Notes under the pieces: generated by a model
Seen by the model: only the letters and a program-made list of their open reading frames with translations
Databases searched by the model: none
What the model was told of the DNA's origin: nothing
Program-made: the position numbers and the translations under genes
From: a candidate division TM6 bacterium GW2011_GWF2_28_16
GTDB lineage: Bacteria; Patescibacteriota; Microgenomatia; UBA1400; PJMF01
DNA: 64,000 bases
NCBI GenBank assembly: GCA_001029715.1
Contig: CP011212.1
Location: forward strand, 705,066-769,065
Direction of reading: 5' to 3'
Shown here: positions 40,789 to 49,740 of the stretch, one piece after another
Position numbering within the stretch: position 1 is the stretch's first letter
Layout of the letters: every line of letters begins with the position of its first letter

Positions 40789-41757
40789 TTATTTGCGATC
40801 TGCGCGACCGGCTTTGTAGGCAGCGGTGATTTGATCAACAAAAAATTTAATACTTTTAACGGCGTCATCATTGCCTGGCAAAACAAATTGCACTGGTCTT
40901 GGATCGCTATCTGAGTCGATTAAAGCAATTACTGGAACATTAACATTATTTGCTTCAGCGACGACGATTCTTTCTTTCTTTGGATCGACTACAAAAATAC
41001 AATCTGGCTTGCTCTTCAAACCTTTAAGTCCACCAAAGAAACGCTCTAGCTTAATTTGTTCTTTTTCAAGTTGGACGCGTTCATACTTGGTATAACCCTT
41101 ATATCTATCAGTTGCCAAACCTTCACGGATTTCTTCCATACGTTTGATAGATTTACTGACTTGAGGCCAGTTGGTTAACATACCACCCATCCAACGAGCA
41201 TTGATGTAAAAGCAAGAAGCGTCCAAAGCAGCCTCTTTGATAACTTCACGTGCTTGTTTCTTAGTACCGACTAAGACTAGGGTTTTGCCCTCTTTGGCGA
41301 GGTTGTAGACATAGGAATAAGCTTCTTCTAAAAGACCGGCGACCTTTGGCAAATCAAAAAGATGGATACCATCTTTTTCACTATAAATATATTCATCCAT
41401 TTTTGGATGCCATTTACTGGCTTTGTGACCAAAGTGACAACCCAGCTCAAGCATTTCTTGAAGATCAAATTCTGGATTTTTAGTAGCAACTGGTCTTACT
41501 TCGGTTTTAGTTTCTTCAGTTTTGGCTTCTTCTGCTTTTACTTCGACTTTGACTTCTTCAACTTTTGGAGTTTCGATTTTAGGAGTAGCAACTGGAGCTG
41601 CTTCAACTTTGACAGCGGCTTTCTTAGGAGCAACTTTCTCAGCGGCAACCTTAGCTGGAGCTTTTTTGACTACTTTCTTAGCGGCTGGTTTAACGGCAAC
41701 CTTAGCGGTAGTTTTTTTAACTGAAACTTTTTTGGCGGTCTTTTTGACTTCTGCCAT
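40789..41757 (-). CDS. rpsB: 30S ribosomal protein S2 with long K/A/E/P-rich N-terminal extension
   Basis: GCHFGH, WHPKM, VGTKKQA, RWMGGMLTN, PGNDD. Confidence 0.96.
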   Translation of the reverse strand: MAEVKKTAKKVSVKKTTAKVAVKPAAKKVVKKAPAKVAAEKVAPKKAAVKVEAAPVATPKIETPKVEEVKVEVKAEEAKTEETKTEVRPVATKNPEFDLQEMLELGCHFGHKASKWHPKMDEYIYSEKDGIHLFDLPKVAGLLEEAYSYVYNLAKEGKTLVLVGTKKQAREVIKEAALDASCFYINARWMGGMLTNWPQVSKSIKRMEEIREGLATDRYKGYTKYERVQLEKEQIKLERFFGGLKGLKSKPDCIFVVDPKKERIVVAEANNVNVPVIALIDSDSDPRPVQFVLPGNDDAVKSIKFFVDQITAAYKAGRADRK

Positions 41758-41865
41758 AATTTTTGTCCTTTTTTTATTTCCGCTTTTTAAAGCGAAAAAC
41801 GGTGCTTAGAGCTAAATAAGGATTGGCTCTAAGGCACACAAGTTTGTAATTGGTTGGATTATATC
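41758..41865 (-). promoter_or_regulatory. rpsB promoter and structured leader (candidate S2 autoregulatory leader)
   Basis: TGaTATAAT, then hairpins GTGCCTTAGAGC...GCTCTAAGCAC and TTTCGCTTT...AAAGCGGAA. Confidence 0.55.
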
Positions 41866-42916
41866 ATGGGCTGAGGTCTTTTCCAACAATAAACTGGTTA
41901 AAATCACCTAGGATTTTTTGAGGAAAAGACCTTAGTAAATCCAAAGCATTCGCCATCAAGGAAACCACCGTCATCGGTCCAACGCCATTCGGCACCGGCG
42001 TAATGAAGTCTGCTTTATTTAAACAACTCGGTAAATCGATATCACCCTGTGGTTCACCGACATCAATAATAATACTGTGATCGGCAATCAAATCGCCTTT
42101 GATTAAGTTTTTCTGACCAGTGGCACTGATAATGACGCGAAAATCTGATAGGGATTTTTTTTGTTCAATCAGTTCTGCTAATCCCTGCTTACCAACTAAT
42201 TTAACTTCGCATTTATTTTTAGATACCTGCGACTCGCTAACAGCAACTTGGCAAACCTCGCCAAAAGTTTGTGGAACTGTGGCACCCTTTTGCATTAGAT
42301 TTTGCATGTGCCAATATAAAGGTCTTCCTAATAAATCTGATTGACCAATAATCAAAACTTTTTCTGTTAAGTATGAAAAATCTGAATCTACATTAGCTCG
42401 ATAATCTTTGAGAATTGATAAAACTGCACGGGCTGTGGCTGGCAAAACCATTTGATCTTGCATCCAAGTGCCATTTTTAATTGCTTCTAAAGTAGCTGGC
42501 GCCAAACCATCCACATCTTTATTCACACCGTGAGATTTTTTGGTGGCAATTTTTGAAACTAGGCTTCCCCACCACTCGTTAAAATCGCCGTTTGGCACGC
42601 TTTCTAGCCATTTTTTTGTCCACGGTTTTTGAATAATAATGCCAGTCACGCTGGGGTCAGCATTGAGTTCTTCAATATATTTTTGAATCTCTTCAACTGG
42701 ACTAGCAAAAGAAAATTCTTTAGCTTGATAAGCAATTCCCAAGCTCTCAGCGGTTTGTTTTTTAAGTGAAGTATAAAGAATTGAAGCCTGATCTTCATGG
42801 AAAAAAATTGCCACCACCTTGGGATAGATTCCCTTAGCATGATAGGCCATTACTTTTTGCTTGAGCTTGAGCTCCTTTTGCTTGGCTAGTTTTTCGCCGT
42901 CAAAAATTATGGTCAT
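41864..42916 (-). CDS. folD: Methylenetetrahydrofolate dehydrogenase/cyclohydrolase, divergent with insertions
   Basis: YTSLK, GIIIQKP, KDVDGL, IIDVG, ITPVPNGVGPMTV. Confidence 0.9.
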   Translation of the reverse strand: MTIIFDGEKLAKQKELKLKQKVMAYHAKGIYPKVVAIFFHEDQASILYTSLKKQTAESLGIAYQAKEFSFASPVEEIQKYIEELNADPSVTGIIIQKPWTKKWLESVPNGDFNEWWGSLVSKIATKKSHGVNKDVDGLAPATLEAIKNGTWMQDQMVLPATARAVLSILKDYRANVDSDFSYLTEKVLIIGQSDLLGRPLYWHMQNLMQKGATVPQTFGEVCQVAVSESQVSKNKCEVKLVGKQGLAELIEQKKSLSDFRVIISATGQKNLIKGDLIADHSIIIDVGEPQGDIDLPSCLNKADFITPVPNGVGPMTVVSLMANALDLLRSFPQKILGDFNQFIVGKDLSP

Positions 42917-42925
42917 AATGTTGTT

Positions 42926-44251
42926 TTACCAAGCAAACAAAGGAAAAGTCTTTGCCATTTCCTTAACTTCCTTACGAATTGCCAAAAGAGTTTCGTCTTT
43001 AATCATACGAGCTTTGAAATCTTTCAGAAAGACGCGGCGCGTGGTTTTTAGAGCTGGCAATTGTTCGCCTTTTATATGGTCAACTACCCTGGCAATCCAT
43101 TGAGCAATTTTTGTCATCTCTTGCTCTTTCATACCTCTGGTAGTAACTAGTGGCGTACCGATACGAATGCCCGACGGATAGAAAGGTGAACAAGGTTCAC
43201 CTGGAATAGTATTGCGGTTAGCATAGATCCCCGCCACATCCATAGCAAAAGCCACCTGCGTGCCAAAACCATCGCCAAAAGAAGTCAAATCGATCAAAAT
43301 TAAGTGGTTTTCTGTACCATCACCGACCAATTTGAGACCTTCTTGTTGCAAAGCAGTAGCCATGGCATCGGCATTCTTGCGGATTTGTTTTCCATATTCA
43401 ATAAATCCTGGTCTTGCGGCTTCGCCTGCAGCTATCGCTATGGCCGCAGTGTTTTCATTATGTGGACCACCTTGCAAAGCCGGAAAGACGGCTTTGTCAA
43501 TCTTATCAGCCAAATCTGGATCTTTTTCCAAACCCTTGTTTGTAACCATAATCATCGCTCCACGCGGGCCTCTAAAAGTTTTATGCGTGGTCGACATAAC
43601 AATGTGCGCATGAGGTACGGGACTCTGATGCTCTCCTGCGATAACCAAGCCAGTAATATGAGAAATATCAGCCAATAAATAAGCACCCACTTCGTCGGCA
43701 ATCTCTGCAAATTTCGCAAAATCCAAAACAAAAGGATAAGCCGTGGTACCAGCGATAATTAGTTTTGGTTTATGTTCAAGTGCTAAGCGACGTAATTCTT
43801 TGAAATCAATGCGTGCATTTTCATCGAGACCGTATTGAATTGAATTGAAATAACGACCAGAGAAAGTCACTTTTGGATGTCCATGAGTTAAATGCCCACC
43901 GCTAGAAAGAGCCAAACCCATAATGGTGTCCCCTTCTTCAAGTAAAGCAAACTCTACAGCACTATTTGCTGGTGAGCCAGAATAAGGTTGGACGTTGACG
44001 TGAGGCACTTTGAAAAGTTCTTTCAAGCGCTTTTGAGCTTCAATCTCTATTTCATCAATTACCTGATTACCTTCGTAATAGCGGCGTTTAGGATAACCTT
44101 CGGCATATTTGCTAGATAAACAAGAACTGAGGACGCTGCGAACAGCCTCTGAGCTATGATTTTCTGAAGGAATTAAGCCAATCATTTCTGTTTGGCGCTC
44201 TTCTTCTTTTTTTACTAAATCGAAAATTGGATCTTGGTTCTGTTTTTGCAT
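42926..44251 (-). CDS. glyA: Serine hydroxymethyltransferase
   Basis: LIPSEN, KYAEGYP, GGHLTHG, TTHKTFRGPRG, SGIRIGT. Confidence 0.97.
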   Translation of the reverse strand: MQKQNQDPIFDLVKKEEERQTEMIGLIPSENHSSEAVRSVLSSCLSSKYAEGYPKRRYYEGNQVIDEIEIEAQKRLKELFKVPHVNVQPYSGSPANSAVEFALLEEGDTIMGLALSSGGHLTHGHPKVTFSGRYFNSIQYGLDENARIDFKELRRLALEHKPKLIIAGTTAYPFVLDFAKFAEIADEVGAYLLADISHITGLVIAGEHQSPVPHAHIVMSTTHKTFRGPRGAMIMVTNKGLEKDPDLADKIDKAVFPALQGGPHNENTAAIAIAAGEAARPGFIEYGKQIRKNADAMATALQQEGLKLVGDGTENHLILIDLTSFGDGFGTQVAFAMDVAGIYANRNTIPGEPCSPFYPSGIRIGTPLVTTRGMKEQEMTKIAQWIARVVDHIKGEQLPALKTTRRVFLKDFKARMIKDETLLAIRKEVKEMAKTFPLFAW

Positions 44252-44279
44252 TTGAATTCCTTTATTTGATTGTAACTTG

Positions 44280-44942
44280 TTAAGATTTTTTTAGCCAATT
44301 AACTGCTAAATACGTTATTGGAGTCTCGACCATTGAAAACAAACATTTTAGTCCCCAATATGGTAAAACCAGTGACCAAACAAAATTTGCATTAGCTCCA
44401 TCGAAAAAAGCTAAAAACATAAAAATACTGGTATCAAAAAATAAACTAATAATGTTTGAGGCGTTGCTGCGTAACCACAAACCACTGCCTTGTAAACGGG
44501 CACGAATTTTGGCAAAAATATAAATATCTAGGCGCTCAGCTAAGAAAAAAGCCACTAGACTAGCTAGAGTCATGCGCAATGATTTAGCAAAAATTGTCTG
44601 GTAGGCTGGTTCAAAAGCTGCCGAACGAGTGCTGGGAGGCAAACTAATCGCTAGAATATTAAATAAAGCTAATAAAAACAAAATAATAAAAGTACTGCGC
44701 ATGAAGCTTAAAGAACGAGCTTTGCCCTCTACTTCAGTTACTACGTCGTTAATAATGAAAGTAATTGGCAAAGTAAAAATTGCCACTGAAGCATTAAGAA
44801 AAAATAAAGGGAAGGTTTTAGCTCCCATTAATTCTGCTGCCACAATCGAGGTAATATAAATTGCTAATAATAAATCAAGTTTGCGTTCGCGCGAGCTGAC
44901 TAGGCTTTTAACTACACTACTTGTTTGGATTGTTTTTTTCAT
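44280..44942 (-). CDS. Queuosine precursor transporter (YhhQ/VUT family)
   Basis: ITFIINDVVTEVEG, ASLVAFFLAERLDIYIF, LWLRSNASN, DTSIF; start set at MKKT. Confidence 0.85.
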   Translation of the reverse strand: MKKTIQTSSVVKSLVSSRERKLDLLLAIYITSIVAAELMGAKTFPLFFLNASVAIFTLPITFIINDVVTEVEGKARSLSFMRSTFIILFLLALFNILAISLPPSTRSAAFEPAYQTIFAKSLRMTLASLVAFFLAERLDIYIFAKIRARLQGSGLWLRSNASNIISLFFDTSIFMFLAFFDGANANFVWSLVLPYWGLKCLFSMVETPITYLAVNWLKKS

Positions 44943-45023
44943 CTGATTTTTCTTTCTAATTTTAATAAATAAATACATTTTGTCACCAAAAAGGTGCCAA
45001 AAATCATACCAAAAGAAAAACCA

Positions 45024-45071
45024 TTAGAGAGTGGCGTAGGAGAGCTGGAAGTGAAATACAGCTTTAAACAT
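45024..45071 (-). CDS. Candidate leaderless leader peptide MFKAVFHFQLSYATL
   Basis: ATG 6 nt after TGgTAAAAT; followed by a U-rich tract and a hairpin before the transporter. Confidence 0.4.
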   Translation of the reverse strand: MFKAVFHFQLSYATL

Positions 45072-45091
45072 AAAGTGATTTTACCACAATA

Positions 45092-46000
45092 TTATCCAAC
45101 ATAAACTGGCGCATTAGTTGTAATTGATTTTTGGATTGCTTTGATTTCTTCTGGTTTGGCTGACTGTCTGAATTGCTCAAAATTATGTCCTTTTGCCAAT
45201 AACTCACCTGGTAAGCGTGAAATTGTTTTTATTTTGCCACTTTCACAAAGCATTTCAAAAAGTTCTAAATGAGTATTAGACTTGAGTATTAAACCATTAG
45301 CTAAAGCTTTGGCTAAATATTTTTCTAATAGATCGGCTTCAATCGGGCTAGCCATCACTTCAATCCAATCAGAAAAATGATGTAAGCGACTATTTATAGT
45401 TACAGTGGCAATTTGCCAAACAGCTTTAATATGACCAGTCTTTGGATGAACATAGGTTTGATAAAGCTCTTTTCTCAAATCCTCATACATTTCTTCTGGA
45501 AGAAAATCTGTCTCACGATCTAGCTTATGCTGTTGAGAAAGCTCTCCTGTCTGACCATTAGCAACAAAAGCATTAATATCGGCACCAAGAAAAATAATGC
45601 CTTTAAATAAACTATCGATTACATGCTCTGCTAAATCATTTTTAAATGCTAAATTTAACTGATTAAAAAGAAAAATTAACTCTGGAAATTTATCTTCCAT
45701 ATATTCATAACGTGCAACTTCTGCCTTGTATTTACTGACTTCAACTGCATTGATAGAACTTGGCTCATCTTTTGTCGAAGGTAATTGCAAAACGTTACCA
45801 TTGGCAAAATCTATGTTTGGCGCAACTAAAGATTGAACAATACGCATCGCTGCCTCAGCTTTTGGATATTTGCCCGTGTTAATGATGAGTTTGTTGATGT
45901 CTTCGAAAGCACTACGCAACGCCCTTCTCCGCTCTGTTCTAGCCGATTGTTCAGCTTGAATATTTTGAGCTTGTGGAGAATAAACAATGTTCTCGTACAT
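45092..46000 (-). CDS. Hypothetical protein
   Basis: 302-aa ORF, no recognised motif. Confidence 0.75.
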   Translation of the reverse strand: MYENIVYSPQAQNIQAEQSARTERRRALRSAFEDINKLIINTGKYPKAEAAMRIVQSLVAPNIDFANGNVLQLPSTKDEPSSINAVEVSKYKAEVARYEYMEDKFPELIFLFNQLNLAFKNDLAEHVIDSLFKGIIFLGADINAFVANGQTGELSQQHKLDRETDFLPEEMYEDLRKELYQTYVHPKTGHIKAVWQIATVTINSRLHHFSDWIEVMASPIEADLLEKYLAKALANGLILKSNTHLELFEMLCESGKIKTISRLPGELLAKGHNFEQFRQSAKPEEIKAIQKSITTNAPVYVG

Positions 46001-46013
46001 TAAATTTTATGAT

Positions 46014-46607
46014 TTATAAATCTAAAACTTCTTGACTTAGACCTATTTCCTTATGCCTCTTTGAGATTTCCGTTTCAATGGCGCCTTGTTTCTCCCAGCT
46101 CTTACCAAGTAAATCTCTCATTTCTCTCTTCTCAAACGGAAAAATAATCCAAGCATCAGAATCTGCTCCATGAAAATCAGGCATAAATGTTGACCATGGT
46201 TTAATGAATAAAGTAGCAGTTTTAACCTCCGAAGCACCTTCTTTTAACAAATAATCTTGAGTAAAGCTTAGTGATTCTCCAGTATCAGCCACATCATCAA
46301 AAATTAGAATCTTTTTACCTTTGATAGCGGTTGGAATTTGCTGGTAAATCTCTGGCTTATCGAGGCGCTTATTAATGCCACTGTAAAATTTTACTCCCAA
46401 GCTAGCCAATTCTTTAATTCCTGTGTAATCAAAAAAAGAACGACTCATTGGCCAAGCCCCTTTAGCCAAAGCAATGATTAAGTCAAATTTGATATCTGAC
46501 TCTTTAATTTGTTTAGCCACCTGCAGAGTTAGTTCGTCAAGTTGATCCCAGCTAGGGGTAACGTACTTAGCCTTGTCGCCGGTAAATCTGATTTCTTTAA
46601 AAGTCAT
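46014..46607 (-). CDS. Purine-type phosphoribosyltransferase
   Basis: IIALAKGA, ILIFDDVADTGESL PRPP loop, WIIFPFE; ATG 46607 with AAGGA. Confidence 0.9.
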   Translation of the reverse strand: MTFKEIRFTGDKAKYVTPSWDQLDELTLQVAKQIKESDIKFDLIIALAKGAWPMSRSFFDYTGIKELASLGVKFYSGINKRLDKPEIYQQIPTAIKGKKILIFDDVADTGESLSFTQDYLLKEGASEVKTATLFIKPWSTFMPDFHGADSDAWIIFPFEKREMRDLLGKSWEKQGAIETEISKRHKEIGLSQEVLDL

Positions 46608-46630
46608 AATAGTTTCCTTTTTATGCACTT

Positions 46631-46766
46631 AAAATAAAAAAAGACGCTTAGTTTTTCTTATTCGCTTGGTGTCCCCCTAATCAGTGATTAGGTTTGTTGC
46701 TTGGGAATACGAAAAACGAAACGTCTTTTCGCACTCTTACTACTTTTTAATAGATGAATTTTAACA
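46631..46766 (-). promoter_or_regulatory. Structured leader upstream of the phosphoribosyltransferase (candidate riboswitch/attenuator)
   Basis: TGtTAAAAT promoter; four nested helices ending in a U-tract. Confidence 0.6.
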
Positions 46767-46775
46767 TGCCATTTT

Positions 46776-47624
46776 TTATACAACAAGTTCTAAAACTTCT
46801 TTTAGATCTTTTGTTAAAGGCGCTTGTATCTTTACTTTTTTCTTTGATCTTGGATGATTAAACTCTAACGAGAGAGCATGTAAAAATTGTCGAGAACACC
46901 AAAAACTATCCATTCTGCTATGTTTGCGACCAGCATAAAGCTGATCGCCAACTAAAGGATGTTGCATAGCTGACATGTGAACTCTAATTTGATGAGTACG
47001 ACCAGTTTTTGGTTCTATTTCTACTAAAGAAAAACCAGCTTGATAAAGTTCGCGTACTTTTTTGATTTTAATTTTGCTTTGGGCAACTAGTGAAAGAATT
47101 AAATCTTCTTTCAAAGTAGTAAATTCTTTTTCCACTCGATAATTACTAACTGCCTCTTTACCAGCGTTGTCCACCGCAAATTTTAGACGATTGCGACCAC
47201 TACGACTCATCGGAGCCTTAATCTGACCAGATTTTTCTGTCAAATGGCCATGAACTAAAGCGAGATAAGTTTTTTGTGTTTGACGCTTTTTAAACTGAGC
47301 TAAAAGATTGACTAGTGAACCAGGATTTTTAGCCAAAATTAAAACACCACTGGTGTCTCTATCCAAGCGATGAACAATCCCCAATCTTTCTTTCCAAACC
47401 TCTAAAGGCTCACCAAACTCATTACTAAAATCTGCTGGAATTAATTGCTGATAATCTGGATTAGCTTGCCAATATTCATCCTTAAAATAATCTTCGCCAA
47501 ATTTTTCTACAAACCAATCTTGAACAGTTGCTTCTTTTACCGTGACTGCCCTATTAACTACTAGGCCACTCGGCTTGTTAATCAGCAATAAATCTTGGTC
47601 TTCGTACAAAATATCTAGATTCAT
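46776..47624 (-). CDS. RluA/RluD family pseudouridine synthase
   Basis: INKPSGL, HRLDRDTSG, TGRTHQIRVH, LHA. Confidence 0.95.
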   Translation of the reverse strand: MNLDILYEDQDLLLINKPSGLVVNRAVTVKEATVQDWFVEKFGEDYFKDEYWQANPDYQQLIPADFSNEFGEPLEVWKERLGIVHRLDRDTSGVLILAKNPGSLVNLLAQFKKRQTQKTYLALVHGHLTEKSGQIKAPMSRSGRNRLKFAVDNAGKEAVSNYRVEKEFTTLKEDLILSLVAQSKIKIKKVRELYQAGFSLVEIEPKTGRTHQIRVHMSAMQHPLVGDQLYAGRKHSRMDSFWCSRQFLHALSLEFNHPRSKKKVKIQAPLTKDLKEVLELVV

Positions 47625-48412
47625 GATTTTTTAAAGAAACTAAAGGTTCGACCAGATCTTCTGTAGAGAAGCATTAGACCAAAAACTAACATCGCTAAAT
47701 AAATAAAATAGTCCAAACTAATATTAGCAATAAATAGTCCAGGCAAACGAACTGTTTCAGTTAACAAATGAAAAGTGGCAGTAAAGATCAAAAAAGTACT
47801 AAAAAGAAAGCCTGATTGAGCAGTCTTTTTGCCACTGCGATACCACTCTAAAGTACGATAAATATATTCGATTTTGCTTAAATAAATATAAGCTAATAAA
47901 TAGTATAAAAATGAATAAAGTTGAGCTGGATGAGTTTTTTCAAAAGTACCAATCGTAATAACTCCCCATGGTAAATTAGTAAAAGTTCCGCCATAACTAC
48001 CATCCAAGAAAAAGCCAACATAAATAAAAACCATTCCTAAACTAATTGCTGTCACATAAAAATCCAAAATTTCAAAAGCATCCCATTTGCGTTTATTAGC
48101 ATAGCGATAAAGAAATAGCACCGCCGCAACTAAAGCAACGAATGGCATATTGCCAGACTTCTCTACTACATTAAAAATATTAATAATATTTTGGCTAAAA
48201 CTAGCCCAATGAGAAATTACAAAAACTATTCTGCCAACGATAAAACCAAACAACCCAGACAATAAGAAGGCATCAAAGATTTCAAAAGTATTGTAATGTT
48301 CTTCTCTGCCCTTGCGCCAAAAAATAAAAGCAGAAAAAAAGACTGCAAAAAAAGCCAAAAGTGTTAGTGATTTGAGTTTTAAAAATGGCAGTTCAAAAAG
48401 AATAGGTAACAT
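47621..48412 (-). CDS. lgt: Prolipoprotein diacylglyceryl transferase-like membrane protein
   Basis: MLPILF start, GRIVFV, GFFLDG...TNLPWGV, HPAQLY, ETVR; several catalytic motifs diverged. Confidence 0.72.
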   Translation of the reverse strand: MLPILFELPFLKLKSLTLLAFFAVFFSAFIFWRKGREEHYNTFEIFDAFLLSGLFGFIVGRIVFVISHWASFSQNIINIFNVVEKSGNMPFVALVAAVLFLYRYANKRKWDAFEILDFYVTAISLGMVFIYVGFFLDGSYGGTFTNLPWGVITIGTFEKTHPAQLYSFLYYLLAYIYLSKIEYIYRTLEWYRSGKKTAQSGFLFSTFLIFTATFHLLTETVRLPGLFIANISLDYFIYLAMLVFGLMLLYRRSGRTFSFFKKS

Positions 48413-48416
48413 AATG

Positions 48417-48504
48417 TGGTGTACCCTGCGGGTACTAACCCAGGTTTGCTACGCAAACTTGGCGGTGCCCTCTTCGAGGACTAGTCGGGCGCGTTTCGCT
48501 CGAC
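48417..48504 (-). repeat. Array of four short hairpins directly behind tRNA-Leu
   Basis: Minus-strand hairpins GTCG..GCGAAACGC..CGAC, GTCCTC-GAA-GAGGGC, CCAAGTTTGC-GTA-GCAAACCTGG, GTACCC-GCA-GGGTAC. Confidence 0.75.
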
Positions 48505-48506
48505 GG

Positions 48507-48590
48507 TGCCGGGAGAGGGAATCGAACCCTCATGAAGTTGCCTTCATAGGTTTTTGAGACCTACGCGTCTACCAATTCCGCCATCTCGGC
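48507..48590 (-). tRNA. tRNA-Leu(CAA), CCA not encoded
   Basis: GCCGAGATGGCGGAATTGGTAGACGCG TAGGT-CTCAAAA-ACCTA, long variable arm, GGTTCGATTCC. Confidence 0.96.
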
Positions 48591-48641
48591 TAAAAGACAT
48601 TCACAAAAGACTTATATATTCTACCTTAAATTCTCTACAGA

Positions 48642-49418
48642 TCAATCAAACAAGTCAATAATTTCCTTATACGAGCCATCTATTGGTAAAACTAAATCAA
48701 AAACTTTTTTGAAATGTTCTAAATTATTACTGCCAAAAGCCACTTTATAAGTGAAATCAAAGTCAATTCCCTTAGCCATCTTGACGTCATCCAGACCATC
48801 CCCAATCAAAAGACAATGACGACGCTCTGGAGAAGCATCTAATAAATTATCTTTTATGAGCAAAGCACCGGTTTTATTAGAGGTATGAATGATTGGTTGA
48901 ACCATTTCTAAAAGAAAATTTTTCTCATCAAAGACCACCTCATTGCTAAAAATCTTAACATTGCTTGTAAAAAGATCTTCTTTCTCCAAAAGGTATTTGA
49001 TTACCAAATTTCCAAAACCAGAGGCAGAAAAAATGATTAATGGTATTTCCTTTTCTTGCAAAAGTTTCAAAAAATCTAACAACTGATCTCTCCACTGTAA
49101 AAGCGGTGAATGACAAATTTCCAGAAGCATATCTCTAGTAACACCAGATTCTTTTATTACCTCAAAACTTTTCTCCCACCACTCTTGCATTAACAACATT
49201 TTTTCTTTTTCATCTATATAAGGATCGAACTCTATTGGATAATAATGATCAAACAAGTCCCTGCATTCTTTTAAACTGGACTCATCCATATATTTTTCGT
49301 CTCTTAAAAGATCCATTAAAGCAGAGCCTCTTCCACCTTTTATTCCTTTTTTGGTAAAAGTGCCGTCAAAGTCAGCAATGACAATTGTATTTTTTGGATC
49401 CAATTGAATTTTTTCCAT
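48642..49418 (-). CDS. HAD hydrolase, pyrimidine 5'-nucleotidase (UMPH-1/NT5C3-like)
   Basis: DFDGTFT, YYPIEFDP..EK..MQEWW, IFSASG, LIGDGLDD. Confidence 0.82.
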   Translation of the reverse strand: MEKIQLDPKNTIVIADFDGTFTKKGIKGGRGSALMDLLRDEKYMDESSLKECRDLFDHYYPIEFDPYIDEKEKMLLMQEWWEKSFEVIKESGVTRDMLLEICHSPLLQWRDQLLDFLKLLQEKEIPLIIFSASGFGNLVIKYLLEKEDLFTSNVKIFSNEVVFDEKNFLLEMVQPIIHTSNKTGALLIKDNLLDASPERRHCLLIGDGLDDVKMAKGIDFDFTYKVAFGSNNLEHFKKVFDLVLPIDGSYKEIIDLFD

Positions 49419-49500
49419 AAATTTAATCGTTACTCACACAAAAAGATATGGTATCACATCGCCACTTGCCTCTCCAACAAAAATCCGTCATATTTAAACT

Positions 49501-49734
49501 ATGGACGCAATTAGAGATCTAGTAATCAAAGCTTTCGCTGTGGACAGCATTTGGTCAATAATTATCAGAGGTATTATTTGGATTGTCATCGCCATGATTA
49601 TTATTGTTAGCGTTGATAACCCAAATTACGATGTTTCAAGCAAAAAGCTCAAGGCAAATCTTGGTTTCTTCACCATGTTCTTGCTTTTATCTGGAGGATT
49701 AATTTATCTACTCTTCGGCATTGGCGCACAGTAA
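49501..49734 (+). CDS. Small two-TM membrane protein
   Basis: 77 aa, two hydrophobic helices; fills the intergenic gap. Confidence 0.7.
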   Translation: MDAIRDLVIKAFAVDSIWSIIIRGIIWIVIAMIIIVSVDNPNYDVSSKKLKANLGFFTMFLLLSGGLIYLLFGIGAQ

Positions 49735-49740
49735 AATACC

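Noticed and set aside
44943-45090. preQ1 riboswitch before the Q transporter
   Set aside because: No recognisable preQ1-I stem-loop with A-rich tail, nor preQ1-II/III pattern, by eye; needs Infernal to exclude
48312-48557. 81-aa plus-strand ORF
   Set aside because: Antisense to lgt, the hairpin array and tRNA-Leu
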